Of a stretch of 64,000 bases of DNA, positions 37,238-48,542 are shown in pieces (the stretch's first letter is position 1; each line of letters begins with the position of its first letter). The position numbers were made by a program, and so were the translations under genes. The DNA comes from Tubiluchus corallicola. Its lineage: Eukaryota > Animalia > Priapulida. Below the pieces are notes generated by a model. That model was not told where the DNA came from. It did not search any database and saw only the letters and a list, made by a program, of their open reading frames with translations. Where the stretch lies: assembly GCA_030141605.1 (NCBI GenBank), contig JAQGDQ010000931.1, positions 1-64,000 of the forward strand, given 5' to 3'.

Positions 37238-38532
37238 CAACACACAAATGTTTCATACATTTTAATCATAAATCATTATTGAGTTATAGCAAAAATAATT
37301 AGACTTTATAAAAAACAATACAATTTTATAATCAAATAATGAGAACAAAACGTTGCAAAAAGGCTGTAAAACTCTTGAAAAAACTAGAAACGAAGATCAA
37401 GTTTTGTTTGCTTGTATTGTTGTCAGAGTTGTTTGTTTACTATCTGAAAATTACGTAAACTATAATTGACGGTATTGTAAATAATTGTTTCTCAATTTAT
37501 CACAGTTTAAAACACGAGCAGGTACAATGACCCCGCATATAATGATGTATCGCTTTTTGCTTTTCGTACTCGCTTTTTCTGGTTTTGTTTAATAAAGAAA
37601 ATCAAAAAAAAGTTTGTATAAAAACAAAATAACAAAAAAATAAAGAAAATTATTTAATTCAATATTAAGATGTTGTTTATTAGAGCAGACCATCGTTGCG
37701 TTTTCAATGCTATAAAGAAATAAAAATATTAATAAAAAAGCCAGAACAAATAATAATAATCTTTACAATTTTCTTTACAAAGAACCTCTTTTTAATTCTG
37801 ACAATTTTACTTTTCACTCTTGTGCTTGTGTAATGATATAATTTATTTTATGTCTTGAACAGTATTGACATAATTGTACTATTATTTGTTTTGAATGATT
37901 GATTGCCTGATCTATAGCATGCCTTCTTGTCAGGGAGAAAACTGGCTGGTATGAACGCGCCATAACAATGACGACAAAATGGCACAGGTAAATTCAATTT
38001 AAAGTTTTATTACCTATCATATCAGTGGTTGCCTCTGTTGAAGATACGAAGAAGTCGGTCATTCGTCCGGCGTAATCAAGGATTAATAGAGAATCGATAG
38101 TAATGTCACCTGTTAAAGCAGGCTCGCTACCTACAAACCAGTAGGACCCATTAGTACAATTCAATTCAGTTTATTTACCCAAATACCGTCGTAGTACACG
38201 GGCAATATACAAATAGTAACATAATAGTAACGTAATAAAATTCTATATTGTTAAAAAAAACTTGCAAATCATTGAACGGTAAACTACACATTGAAAAATT
38301 AATAATATAATCAGTGTTTCCACTACTGTGAGCAATAGTGCTGTACAATAAAATGAATCTACAATTAAAAATACAAGAGAGGCTGTAATTAATTACATAA
38401 GTGCATAGATTTAAAACTTTTCATTTCATTTCTAACATTATCTGGAGATTTAACACATTTACAATATTTACAAAATAGTTTTTTGTACTATACTAAACAT
38501 ATGAAATTGAAATTGGTATTTTATGTTTGTTT
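37238..38532. repeat. Left arm of 1.3-kb inverted duplication (right arm about 40949-42248)
   Basis: The reverse complement of 40949-42248 is near-identical, with indels concentrated near 40950-41200. Confidence 0.95.
37918..37987 (+). CDS. Candidate 70-nt internal exon of an unidentified gene (mirrored near 41499-41568 on minus)
   Basis: tctatag|...CLLVREKTGWYERAITMTTKWH...|gtaaat; GC-richer island within AT-rich DNA, one open frame. Confidence 0.4.
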
Positions 38533-38574
38533 TGTGTTGGTGAGTTTTTTGTATGCAGTGGGTTTTAGTTTGTT

Positions 38575-39158
38575 GATATGATGTAAATGTACGAGAGGTT
38601 TTCATCTGCCACTATGATGTAAATGTACGAGAGGTTTTCATCTGCCACTATGATGTAAATGTATGAGAGGTTTTCATCTGCCACTATGATGTAAATGTAT
38701 GAGAGGTTTTCATCTGCCACTATGATGTAAATGTACGAGAGGTTCTCATCTACCACTATGCCACTATGATGTAAATGTACGAGAGGTTCTCATCTACCAC
38801 TATGCCACTATGATGTAAATGTACGAGAGGTTTTCATCTGCCACTATGATGTAAATGTACGAGAGAGGTTTTCATCTGCCACTATGATGTAAATGTATGA
38901 GAGGTTTTCATCTGCCACTATGATGTAAATGTATGAGAGGTTTTCATCTGCCATTATGATGTAAATGTATGAGAGGTTTTCATCTGCCACTATGATGTAA
39001 ATGTATGAGACGTTTTCATCTGCCACTATGATGTAAATGTACGAGAGGTTTTCATCTGCCACTATGATGTAAATGTACGAGAGGTTTTCATCTGCCACTA
39101 TGGTGTAAATGTACGAGAGGTTTTCATCTGCCACTATGATGTAAATGTACGAGAGGTT
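38575..39158. repeat. 36-bp minisatellite, about 16 copies
   Basis: Unit CCACTATGATGTAAATGTACGAGAGGTTTTCATCTG, with two 8-bp CCACTATG duplications. Confidence 0.96.
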
Positions 39159-39159
39159 A

Positions 39160-40960
39160 ATATTATCGACGATTTCTTAAGTCAGTTTGAATCAACTGCA
39201 GCTGCAAATAAGCTTCTTCAGGACGTATATGCGGCATCTTTAGGGCCTGCACTTACTGGGAAAGCTTCTATTGCTGAGCAACTACAATGCTGTGAAGAAA
39301 GCACTTTTGGCAGCATATGTATTAACCAGCGAGAGCTACTTGAAACGTTTTCGTGCTATGAAAAAGAGGGCCAATGAGACTTTTCAGCAAGTTGGCAGAA
39401 GACTTGTTCGTGCCTACAATGAGTACAGAAATGCAGAAGATGCTGACTCTGTAGATAAAGTTGTGGAATTGGTCTGTAAGGAACAAGTCTTAACACTGAT
39501 GTCACGTGACATGTGTGAATGGGTCCGGAGGCAGGATCTTCATTCCTTCGATGATGTCGTTGAAAAAGCAGACTTGTACCAAGCATCTGTGATGTCGATA
39601 CAGGGTGGCCTAAAAGTCATGCAACCTCACACATTTAAGAAAGGATTGAAGCAGCTAATGCACGATGGTAGTAGCTTAGCAAGAGGAAGAAGCACGTATA
39701 GTGGATCTAATGTGAAGTGCTATTCCTGTGGCGAGTTGGGACATAAAAGAAATCAATGCAGAAGAAGCATGGCAGGTGCTGAAGCCACCGGGAAAGGCAG
39801 AAGCACGATGGGTCGAAATTTTTTAGCTAAAGGTGATGCTAAGAAGATCCAGGAAGGTGGTTCAAGCAAAACCACAAAGAAGTCGCGCGACATTATTGCA
39901 TCTTCTGAAGATGAATATTGCTGCTGGGCATCTGTGAATGGCAAGAATGTGAAATGCATGCGCGACACTGGGGCATGCACTAGCCTTGTTCACCCAGATT
40001 TGGTAAGGCCAGAGCAATATGTTGATGAGTCAACCAGGACGATTAAGTGTGTACATGGAGATTCCAAGGACGTACGCATGGCTATTGTGGAGGTTGAAAG
40101 TCCGATGGTCAGTGGATATTTGACAGTGGCTGTCTCTGGTGACCTTTCAGTTGACTTCTTACTTGGTAATGACTTTTGGACGGCAGTTACTCCATTCCCG
40201 GCAAAGAGGGGTAAGAACTTCCAGTGTGTACCGAAACCAGCTTCGACACCTACTGTGGCCAACATGGATTGTTCCTGCCAATTTAGAAAGCATGCTATGA
40301 AGCAGGATGAAAACAGTAGTGGTGACAAGCTGCACACGGCATTAGTTGCTACACGCAGTAAAGCTGCAAAACCTTGAGGAAAGAGACAAGACCCTCCAAC
40401 AAGAGTTTTTGCAAGACAAACCAAAGCACCTCTACTGACTGAGCACGAGTCAAAGCAAAACCAAATGCACCTAACTGAGCTCAGTAAATCCCAGTTACAC
40501 CAAGAACAAGTAGATGATGTAACTTTAAGGAACTTAAGTGACAATGCACGCACTGAAGAAATTGTGCGGAAAGAAGGCAAAGGCTACTATCTTCGTAAAG
40601 GAGTACTTTATTACATGGCACGTGAGCGTCCTAGCCTAGAACCACGAGAACTACTGGTTGTGCCTAAGACAAGGAGACTGGAGGTGCTCTCCCTGGCACA
40701 TGATAATAAGATGGCTGGACATTTAGGCATTAGGAAAACTACTAAGCGAGTACTGCAGGAGTATACTTGGCCACGCATCAAACGCTCTGTGATACAGTAC
40801 TGCCGTTCATGTGCCACCTGCCAAAAGACTGCTCGTGTGCGACGCGCTGATAAAGCGAAACTCAAACCTTTGGCAATACCATCAACTGCATTTCGCACAA
40901 TTGCAATTGACATAATAGGCCCACTAGGTACACAACGCACACCTTCAGGAAACAAACATA
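39160..40960 (+). mobile_element. Gmr1-type Ty3/Gypsy retrotransposon fragment (gag-protease-integrase), truncated at both ends
   Basis: SCAN-like capsid (LTGKA...VKKALLAAY), zinc knuckle CYSCGELGHKRNQC and protease RDTGA. Then integrase H2C2 (AHD...GHLG...CRSCATC) and core start IAIDIIGPL in the same frame after a single TGA (40375-40377). No RT in between and no LTRs. Confidence 0.9.
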
Positions 40961-42248
40961 AAATACCATCAGAATTCCCCATATGTTTAGTATAGGCCAA
41001 AAAACTATTTTGGTAAATATTGTAAATGTGTTAAATCTCCAGATAATGTTAGGAAATGAAATGAAAAGTTTTTAAATTCATGCACTTATGTAATTAATTA
41101 CAGCCTTCTCTTGTATTTTTAATTGTAGATTCATTTTTATTGTACAGCACTATTGCTCACAGTAGTGAACAACTTATTATATTATTAATTTTTCAATGTG
41201 TAGTTTACCGTTCAATGATTTGCAAGTTTTTTTTAACAATATAGAATTTTATTACGTTACTATTATGTTACTATTTGTATATTGCCCGTGTACTACGACG
41301 GTATTTGGTAAATAAAATGAATTGAATTGTACTAATGGGTCCTACTGGTTTGTAGGTAGCGAGCCTGCTTTAACAGGTGACATTACTATCGATTCTCTAT
41401 TAATCCTTGATTACGCCGGACGAATGACCGACTTCTTCGTATCTTCAACAGAGGCAACCACTGATATGATAGGTAATAAAACTTTAAATTGAATTTACCT
41501 GTGCCATTTTGTCGTCATTGTTATGGCGCGTTCATACCAGCCAGTTTTCTCCCTGACAAGAAGGCATGCTATAGATCAGGCAATCAATCATTCAAAACAA
41601 ATAATAGTACAATTATGTCAATACTGTTCAAGACATAAAATAAATTATATCATTACACAAGCACAAGAGTGAAAAGTAAAATTGTCAGAATTAAAAAGAG
41701 GTTCTTTGTAAAGAAAATTGTAAAGATTATTATTATTTGTTCTGGCTTTTTTATTAATATTTTTATTTCTTTATAGCATTGAAAACGCAACGATGGTCTG
41801 CTCTAATAAACAACATCTTAATATTGAATTAAATAATTTTCTTTATTTTTTTGTTATTTTGTTTTTATACAAACTTTTTTTTGATTTTCTTTATTAAACA
41901 AAACCAGAAAAAGCGAGTACGAAAAGCAAAAAGCGATACATCATTATATGCGGGGTCATTGTACCTGCTCGTGTTTTAAACTGTGATAAATTGAGAAACA
42001 ATTATTTACAATACCGTCAATTATAGTTTACGTAATTTTCAGATAGTAAACAAACAACTCTGACAACAATACAAGCAAACAAAACTTGATCTTCGTTTCT
42101 AGTTTTTTCAAGAGTTTTACAGCCTTTTTGCAACGTTTTGTTCTCATTATTTGATTATAAAATTGTATTGTTTTTTATAAAGTCTAATTATTTTTGCTAT
42201 AACTCAATAATGATTTATGATTAAAATGTATGAAACATTTGTGTGTTG

Positions 42249-42276
42249 AGTAATACGTAACTGAACGTAAAGTACA
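42249..42276 (-). other. Oxford Nanopore ligation adapter remnant
   Basis: AGTAATACGTAACTGAACGTAAAGTACA versus adapter reverse complement AGCAATACGTAACTGAACGAAGTACA; 16-nt exact core, located exactly between two duplicated segments. Confidence 0.9.
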
Positions 42277-42277
42277 C

Positions 42278-43181
42278 GAAGATTTTGCTGGCCTATTTGT
42301 TTAGCCCGCGATTTTCGAAGTTTAATCGCAAAACCGACAAAATGTTTTGGGGGATAAATGAAACTTGACCTGATTTCATTAGAAAGAAGCCATGAAATTC
42401 AATAAAACTTGGTGTCAAATTTTAAGTTATTCCCTTTTAATTTTTGTTTTAATATAAGGAAAATTTGTTTTTTACATTTAAAGCAAATTTTACTTTAAAA
42501 CAAATGTTGTATGTACTTTTTAGTTTACTGATTTATATGTTTATATAGGTAAGAGTTGCTGTAATAGAAGCTCTTAGGACACATGGCTCATTTGATGGAT
42601 AGAGACAATTAGAAGATCAATTACCCAAACTGGTTCCTGGTATCGTGCGTCTTTACAGTAGACATCAAGAAAACCCATTTCCCATAACACAGTGAGTAGA
42701 CATCAAGAAACCCATTTCCTATAACACAGGTGAGTAGACATCAAGAAAACCCATTTCCTATAACACAGGTGAGCAGACATCAAGAAAACCCATTTCCTAT
42801 AACACAGGTGAGGAGTCATCAAGAAATCCCATTTCCTATAACATTATAGGACAGAAAATCATTTCCTATAAACACAGAGGAGACATCAGTAACCCTATTT
42901 CCTATGGAACACAGGTGAGCAGACACAAAAACCCATTTCCTATAATATTTTAAGCAGACAGAAAATCCATTTCCTTATAACACAGGTGAGTAGACATCAA
43001 GAAAACCCATTTCCTTATAACACAGGTGAGTAACACTGTGGTGAGCGAGACATCAAGATTATTTCCTATAACACAGGTGAGAGTCATCAGAAATCTCCAT
43101 TTTTATAACACAGGTGAGGACATCAGAAATTCATTTTTATACTGGTGAAGAGACACAAGAAAAACTCACTTCCCATAACAC
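42278..43181 (+). other. Error-rich fold-back copy of 43184-44030 (includes a corrupt mirror of MROH1 exon 7)
   Basis: Palindrome centred at 43182-43183 (ATAACAC-AG-GTGTTAT); the left arm accumulates indels towards the centre. Confidence 0.9.
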
Positions 43182-43183
43182 AG

Positions 43184-43646
43184 GTGTTATAGGAAATGGG
43201 TTTTCTTGATGTCTGCTCACCTGTGTTATAGGAAATGGGTTTTCTTGATGTCTACTCACCTGTGTTATAGGAAATGGGTTTTCTTGATGTCTACTCACCT
43301 GTGTTATAGGAAATGGGTTTTCTTGATGTCTACTCACCTGTGTTATAGGAAATGGGTTTTCTTGATGTCTGCTAACCTGTGTTATAGGAAATGGGTTTTC
43401 TTGATGTCTCCTCACCTGTGTTATAGGAAATGGGTTTTCTTGATGTCTCCTCACCTGTGTTATAGGAAATGGGTTTTCTTGATGTCTCCTCACCTGTGTT
43501 ATAGGAAATGGGTTTTCTTGATGTCTGCTCACCTGTGTTATAGGAAATGGGTTTTCTTGATGTCTACTCACCTGTGTTATAGGAAATGGGTTTTCTTGAT
43601 GTCTACTCACCTGTGTTATAGGAAATGGGTTTTCTTGATGTCTACT
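43184..43646 (-). repeat. 39-bp minisatellite, 12 copies, spanning the MROH1 exon 7 donor site
   Basis: Minus-strand unit ACATCAAGAAAACCCATTTCCTATAACACAG|GTGAGTAG, encoding VSRHQENPFPITQ in frame. Confidence 0.96.
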
Positions 43647-43754
43647 GTAAAGACGCACGATACCAGGAACCAGTTTAGGTAATTGATCTTCTAATTTGTC
43701 TCTATCCATCAAATGAGCCATGTGTCCTAGAGCTTCTATTACAGCAACTCTTAC
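43611..43754 (-). CDS. MROH1: MROH1 (maestro HEAT-like repeat protein 1), coding exon 7
   Basis: atatag|VRVAVIEALGHMAHLMDRDKLEDQLPKLVPGIVRLYSRHQENPFPITQ|gtgagt; 144 nt, phase 0-0; compare MROH1 LRLAVVEALGPMSHLL...LEEQLPKLLPGIL. Confidence 0.92.
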
Positions 43755-44834
43755 CTATATAAGCATATAAATCAGTAAACTAAAAAGTACATACAACATT
43801 TGTTTTAAAAGTAAAATTTGCTTTAAATGTAAAAAACAAATTTTCCTTATATTAAAGAGCAAAAATTAAAAAGGAATAACTTAAAATTTGACACCAGTTT
43901 TATTGAATTTCATGGCTTCTTTCCTAATGAAATCAGGTCAAGAAGTTTCATTTATCCCCCAAAACATTTTGTCCGGTTTTGCACGTTAAACTTCAGAAAA
44001 TCGCGGGCTAAACAAATGGGCCAGCAAAGGCTTCCTCAGATATAGCGTCATTTGTGTGGCGCTAAATTTGTAAACAATGCTATGCAGCAATAAATAAATT
44101 CAAATGCTGGCATAACTAAGGACTAAAAAGTTTCTAACATTACCTAGCGAGTAAAACACGCAAAATGAAGTTCCAGAGTATCTTTGAAAATCACACCTTC
44201 ACACCCGATTTCCTTTTATATAAACCAAGAAAAAGTTAAAAGCATCAGAATAATCTTAGTTAAAGCTTTTCCTTTCTGCTTTTTTGTAAAACTGAAACTT
44301 CACAAAGTACTCTGTATTTGACCTTTAAGCTGATATCATATTTTAACCTTTCACTTTACAGACTGTATTTTCAACAATTATGAAACAGTAAAACAAGAAC
44401 TATTATGTCAAAAATTATTAAGTTTAGCCTTTATAGCTTAGCATAAGAAAAATTTGCGATTTATATTCCTATACAATTCAGCGTTAATAGCAAGATGAAA
44501 TGAAGATCAGAAGTGTAGCCAGGTTCTAAAGTTAGGGGAGTAAGCACATAAAAAAATGACATATGAAGCAATTATATGTTTGCCTATTACAATAACAGCA
44601 TGCGACAAGACTATATTATAATAATTAGATTTTGAGGCAATTTGATACTTGGTTCAATCAGTCAACTGTGATAAACGAGCTGTGTAAATGCACACTCATT
44701 TTAAATAAATGGGATGCAAATTGGTCAAATAAAGTAATATGTAGGTCGTTGAAAAGGTGCCATTTAGAAAAATGTGCTGGGGGCATGGTTGCTCCCCTTG
44801 CCCTATTTGCTACGCCACTGAATTTCATGAATAC

Positions 44835-44986
44835 CTTCACTTCTTTACTTTGCAGCCAAACATTGAATAAGACATCATAAGCTGAATCAATTTCATGAGC
44901 AAAGATGCTAGCTTTGACGCTCTGGTCTGGTGCTTTGTCGATGTTTGCAATGTAATCCAGTATAGACTCACTGAATTTTGCTAGAG
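44835..44986 (-). CDS. MROH1: MROH1, coding exon 6
   Basis: tttcag|(A)LAKFSESILDYIANIDKAPDQSVKASIFAHEIDSAYDVLFNVWLQSKEVK|gtattc; 152 nt, phase 1-0. Confidence 0.93.
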
Positions 44987-45370
44987 CTGAAACAGAAGCA
45001 GTATGACACCGATCAAGGTTAGCATATATATTCTGTACGATGAAACTGTTTACCTGTTGCTACGAGGTTTATATAAATAACAAAAATGCACAGTTTTTTT
45101 AAAATTATTATCTGCGGGCAGTTAAGAAATTTGGGTTGAGCAATTAGAACGTGTTGCAGCATGTGATTGAAATAAAAGGAACTAATTACTACAAACAGCT
45201 CTCACGTTTGAAAAAATTATACAAGCCACAAATTGTACAAATAGAAAGTGTGAGATGTACTGCTATAAAAAGCAATGTCCATTTAATGTTCTGTAATAGA
45301 TACTCACTGTCTACAGATCAGAATTTGCACTCTAATTAGCCATTATTTCAAATCAATAGAAAAAAGAAAC

Positions 45371-45537
45371 AATAATAATAATAAATAATAATGATGATGA
45401 TGATGATGATGAAGATGATGATGATGATAATAATAACAACAGCAACAACAACAACAACAGCAGCAGCAGCAGCAGCAGCAGCAGAAACAGCAACAACAAC
45501 AACAACCACAACAACAACAGCAACAATAATAATAATT
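45371..45537. repeat. Compound trinucleotide microsatellite (AAT/GAT/CAA/CAG)
   Basis: Visible run. Confidence 0.95.
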
Positions 45538-47414
45538 AGACCATCAATGACGATTTTTCAAGTTCAAACTGGCTGACACTGCCATAAATACTGCACCATG
45601 ACAGTACTAAGTAACCAACATTGTAAATTTAGGATTTGCCAAGGTCACGAAGATCAAAAACCAAGTGATCTTTCCTTTCATTGGATACGACTTTTCCGAA
45701 TGAAATCTACCCGGTATTCAAAATTAGTAAATGTACATTTCTTTTGATGCTTACAATCATCTGAAGTAACCGGCTGCCCTGAAAAGGGACCTTTTGCTCA
45801 TTTGCTGACGTAATCTCTAGCATCCAAAGTATGACAAAATTACATACAATATTTATCAAGCCCATTTACTTCAGGTGTTTTAAAAATGAAAAGTGTATAA
45901 TAAAATAATTCAATTTATGTAATTTAGTAATCATCCAAATTTATATAACCCAGTTCTATTACTGAACTTTAATATATGGATGTGTGTGCATAACATGCCC
46001 AAAAAATAAAGACAAAATTAGAAACTACAATGAATCTGGTTGAAATTCCAAGTCGTCGTGTGTAGAGATTGACTCGTGTTGTCATGTATAAAATTCAGTA
46101 GAAATTTCCAAACAGCCAGGTGTGGCCAATTAATTACTCTTTAAGTGATCACTGCGACAGTGATCCATTTGATTGACCTGGTCATATAATACCCTGTACA
46201 TTTCTGCGAACTGACAGTGACATTCACTTCGATGCTGACGAACCTGTGACAGTAAATCACGAGTTTGAATGAAATTTTTACTGTACTTTGGTAGTGCCGG
46301 GGAATTTGTTTTTGTTTTTTATCATTGTCACATCACGTAAACCAAAAGGTGCAGTCAAAGGCTCAACGTTTAAACAATCCCCATCTTTCAATGCTAGGGT
46401 AGTCAATCTAAAAATATTGGAAGCAAGGCTAAGCATGGCATCAAACCATAGCAATTTTTGAAATATGATTAAAACTTGTGCTGTTTCAGCCATTGTGCCA
46501 TTTAAACTAGCCAATGGACGAATAAATGACAGAATGGATAACTAAATAACCACATATATTTGAGTGGATGAACAAACGGACAAATAAATAAACAAACAAA
46601 AGAACTAAGAAACGAATGAACAAATAAATGAAAGACGATACCTCAGACGATGTATTGTTTTTCGTTAACACCTGTGGAAAACTTTCAGATGTTTTTTGTC
46701 TTTTTAGATGGTGCTTCACGAGAATGGGCACACCTTTAGGCCTCATTTATTCTTATAAAACTTGATGATATCACAAATGCATACATCAAAAAAATATGAT
46801 CCAAACTTAACTCTGCGAAAAATCACAACCCCAAAAATCACAAAATCGCAATTCTGTGCAATAAGCATGACACAGTATCTATGTTATCTGCTGTCATAAT
46901 ATATGGTATATGCTGATTGATGCCATATCTGTAATAGATGTCATCAAAGGTGAATGTGAAGCAAACTCACTGACGATATTTCACTGTATGACTGTGATGT
47001 AAAACGCTGATGTTTCCTTATGGTACTTTGACCAAGTCGAAGTATAGAAAAAGTACTGTGTCATGATTGTAACGAAAACAGTCATTGTTTAGAAAAGCTA
47101 TCAACTAATGTAACACATTTTAAATCGCAAAAAAATACAAAAAAGGTTGTCACATTTTGATTAGACAAACTGTTAAGAAAGCTGGTTAGTGTGTATTTTG
47201 CAGCTATAAGCACCCATGAAACATAAATGTCAAAATGAAAATGTGTATGCATTAGTAAATTGAATCTATATCAGTAGAAGTATTAGTGATGACTGGCATA
47301 TCTCTATAATGTCGGTAGAGTATTGTCTACATTGATTCATATGAAACTCAGTTTGACAGTGATTGGATATCATTATGTTTTAGAACATATGTTTTGTATC
47401 TGTAGGTCTATTGA

Positions 47415-48542
47415 TTATTTTGTCATTGAATCATTATAAAACTTATAGATAATTATAATTATAAGGATTATTGTTGTTGTGTCATATACTAGAGTTCTGC
47501 TAGTTGCAGCGTTGATCACAGAGGCATGGAAAGTTTCATTTCGAAATTTATGCTTTGAATAAAAGTGCTGAAAATAAATCCATTCTGCATAATAAGAAAG
47601 TCTCACAGCTATAATCACCGACGTGTTGTCAAAGGCTTCCCTTGGGTCATCGATTTCATCATATTTAGTGGTGCTATGGTGAATTCCAATTACTTCACCT
47701 GTTTCTTTTAATTTCCACGCACCTCCTGAGTCACCAAAACCACCTAAGCGTCCTGGATAATGTGCACAAATAAAAATCGTTAGGTTTTCCTTCTGGCAAT
47801 CACCTGTATTAGTAACTACGAATGTTGCCTCCTGCATATGTCGCAGCAGCTTTTCTGGTCTGTCACTCAGTGGGTCAGATCCCCAACCTGTAAGAATGAT
47901 CTCCTTATTAAGGTAAGTGTCACTACACACGGGTATCTTAGTAGGAGGCTGAACATCGTCCTCATATTCAACAGGCTGGTTCAGTCTCACAAAAGCAATA
48001 TCATGGTCAGTTGTCTTAGGATTATAATTTTCATGCACCGTGTACGAGGAAATGTAGCAGGTTTGACTGGGTTCATATAACATGGTGTTCCCAAGATATA
48101 CTGACAAATGTGATCCTGTAGATGTGACATCTTCAAAACAGTGAGCCAGTGTTAAAACATGTCTGTCATCAATAAGGACTCCTGCACAAAATATATCAGG
48201 AGTAAAAATAGCAACCATGTACGGATATTCCCACTCTTCAGCATCTTGCCCACCATGAATTCTTGGTTCAGCAAGCAGCTTTTGTTCACAGTTCGTTCCT
48301 GTATATCCACTGATACAAGTGCAAGTGTACTTATTGACTTCATTGGTACATGTTGCTCCATTCTGACAAGGTTTTGAAGAGCACTCATCAATAACTTTTC
48401 CATTTGAACCTGGAGTAGGTGTAAAAGACTGAGCAGTTGCTGACAGATGTGTGCCGAAGCAGAACCATGTGATAAATGAGAATAAAGATGCAGTAGCAAG
48501 CCACAATTCTGCTTGCATTAGAAGAAATATAGAAGAAAACAT
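47415..48542 (-). CDS. Intronless EGF-domain + trypsin-fold (S1) serine protease with hydrophobic N- and C-termini
   Basis: 375-aa ORF: hydrophobic leader, Ca-binding-type EGF (IDECSSKPCQNGATC...YTCTCISGYTGTNCE), activation site R|IHGG, triad motifs LTLAHC, DHDIA and GDSGG, C-terminal IILIIIII. Confidence 0.9.
   Translation of the reverse strand: MFSSIFLLMQAELWLATASLFSFITWFCFGTHLSATAQSFTPTPGSNGKVIDECSSKPCQNGATCTNEVNKYTCTCISGYTGTNCEQKLLAEPRIHGGQDAEEWEYPYMVAIFTPDIFCAGVLIDDRHVLTLAHCFEDVTSTGSHLSVYLGNTMLYEPSQTCYISSYTVHENYNPKTTDHDIAFVRLNQPVEYEDDVQPPTKIPVCSDTYLNKEIILTGWGSDPLSDRPEKLLRHMQEATFVVTNTGDCQKENLTIFICAHYPGRLGGFGDSGGAWKLKETGEVIGIHHSTTKYDEIDDPREAFDNTSVIIAVRLSYYAEWIYFQHFYSKHKFRNETFHASVINAATSRTLVYDTTTIILIIIIIYKFYNDSMTK

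Noticed and set aside
39990-41000. Minus-strand ORFs of 196 and 129 aa
   Set aside because: Antisense shadows of the retrotransposon pol region.
42549-42692. Second MROH1 copy on the plus strand
   Set aside because: Mirror image within a fold-back palindrome next to an adapter, with frameshifting indels.
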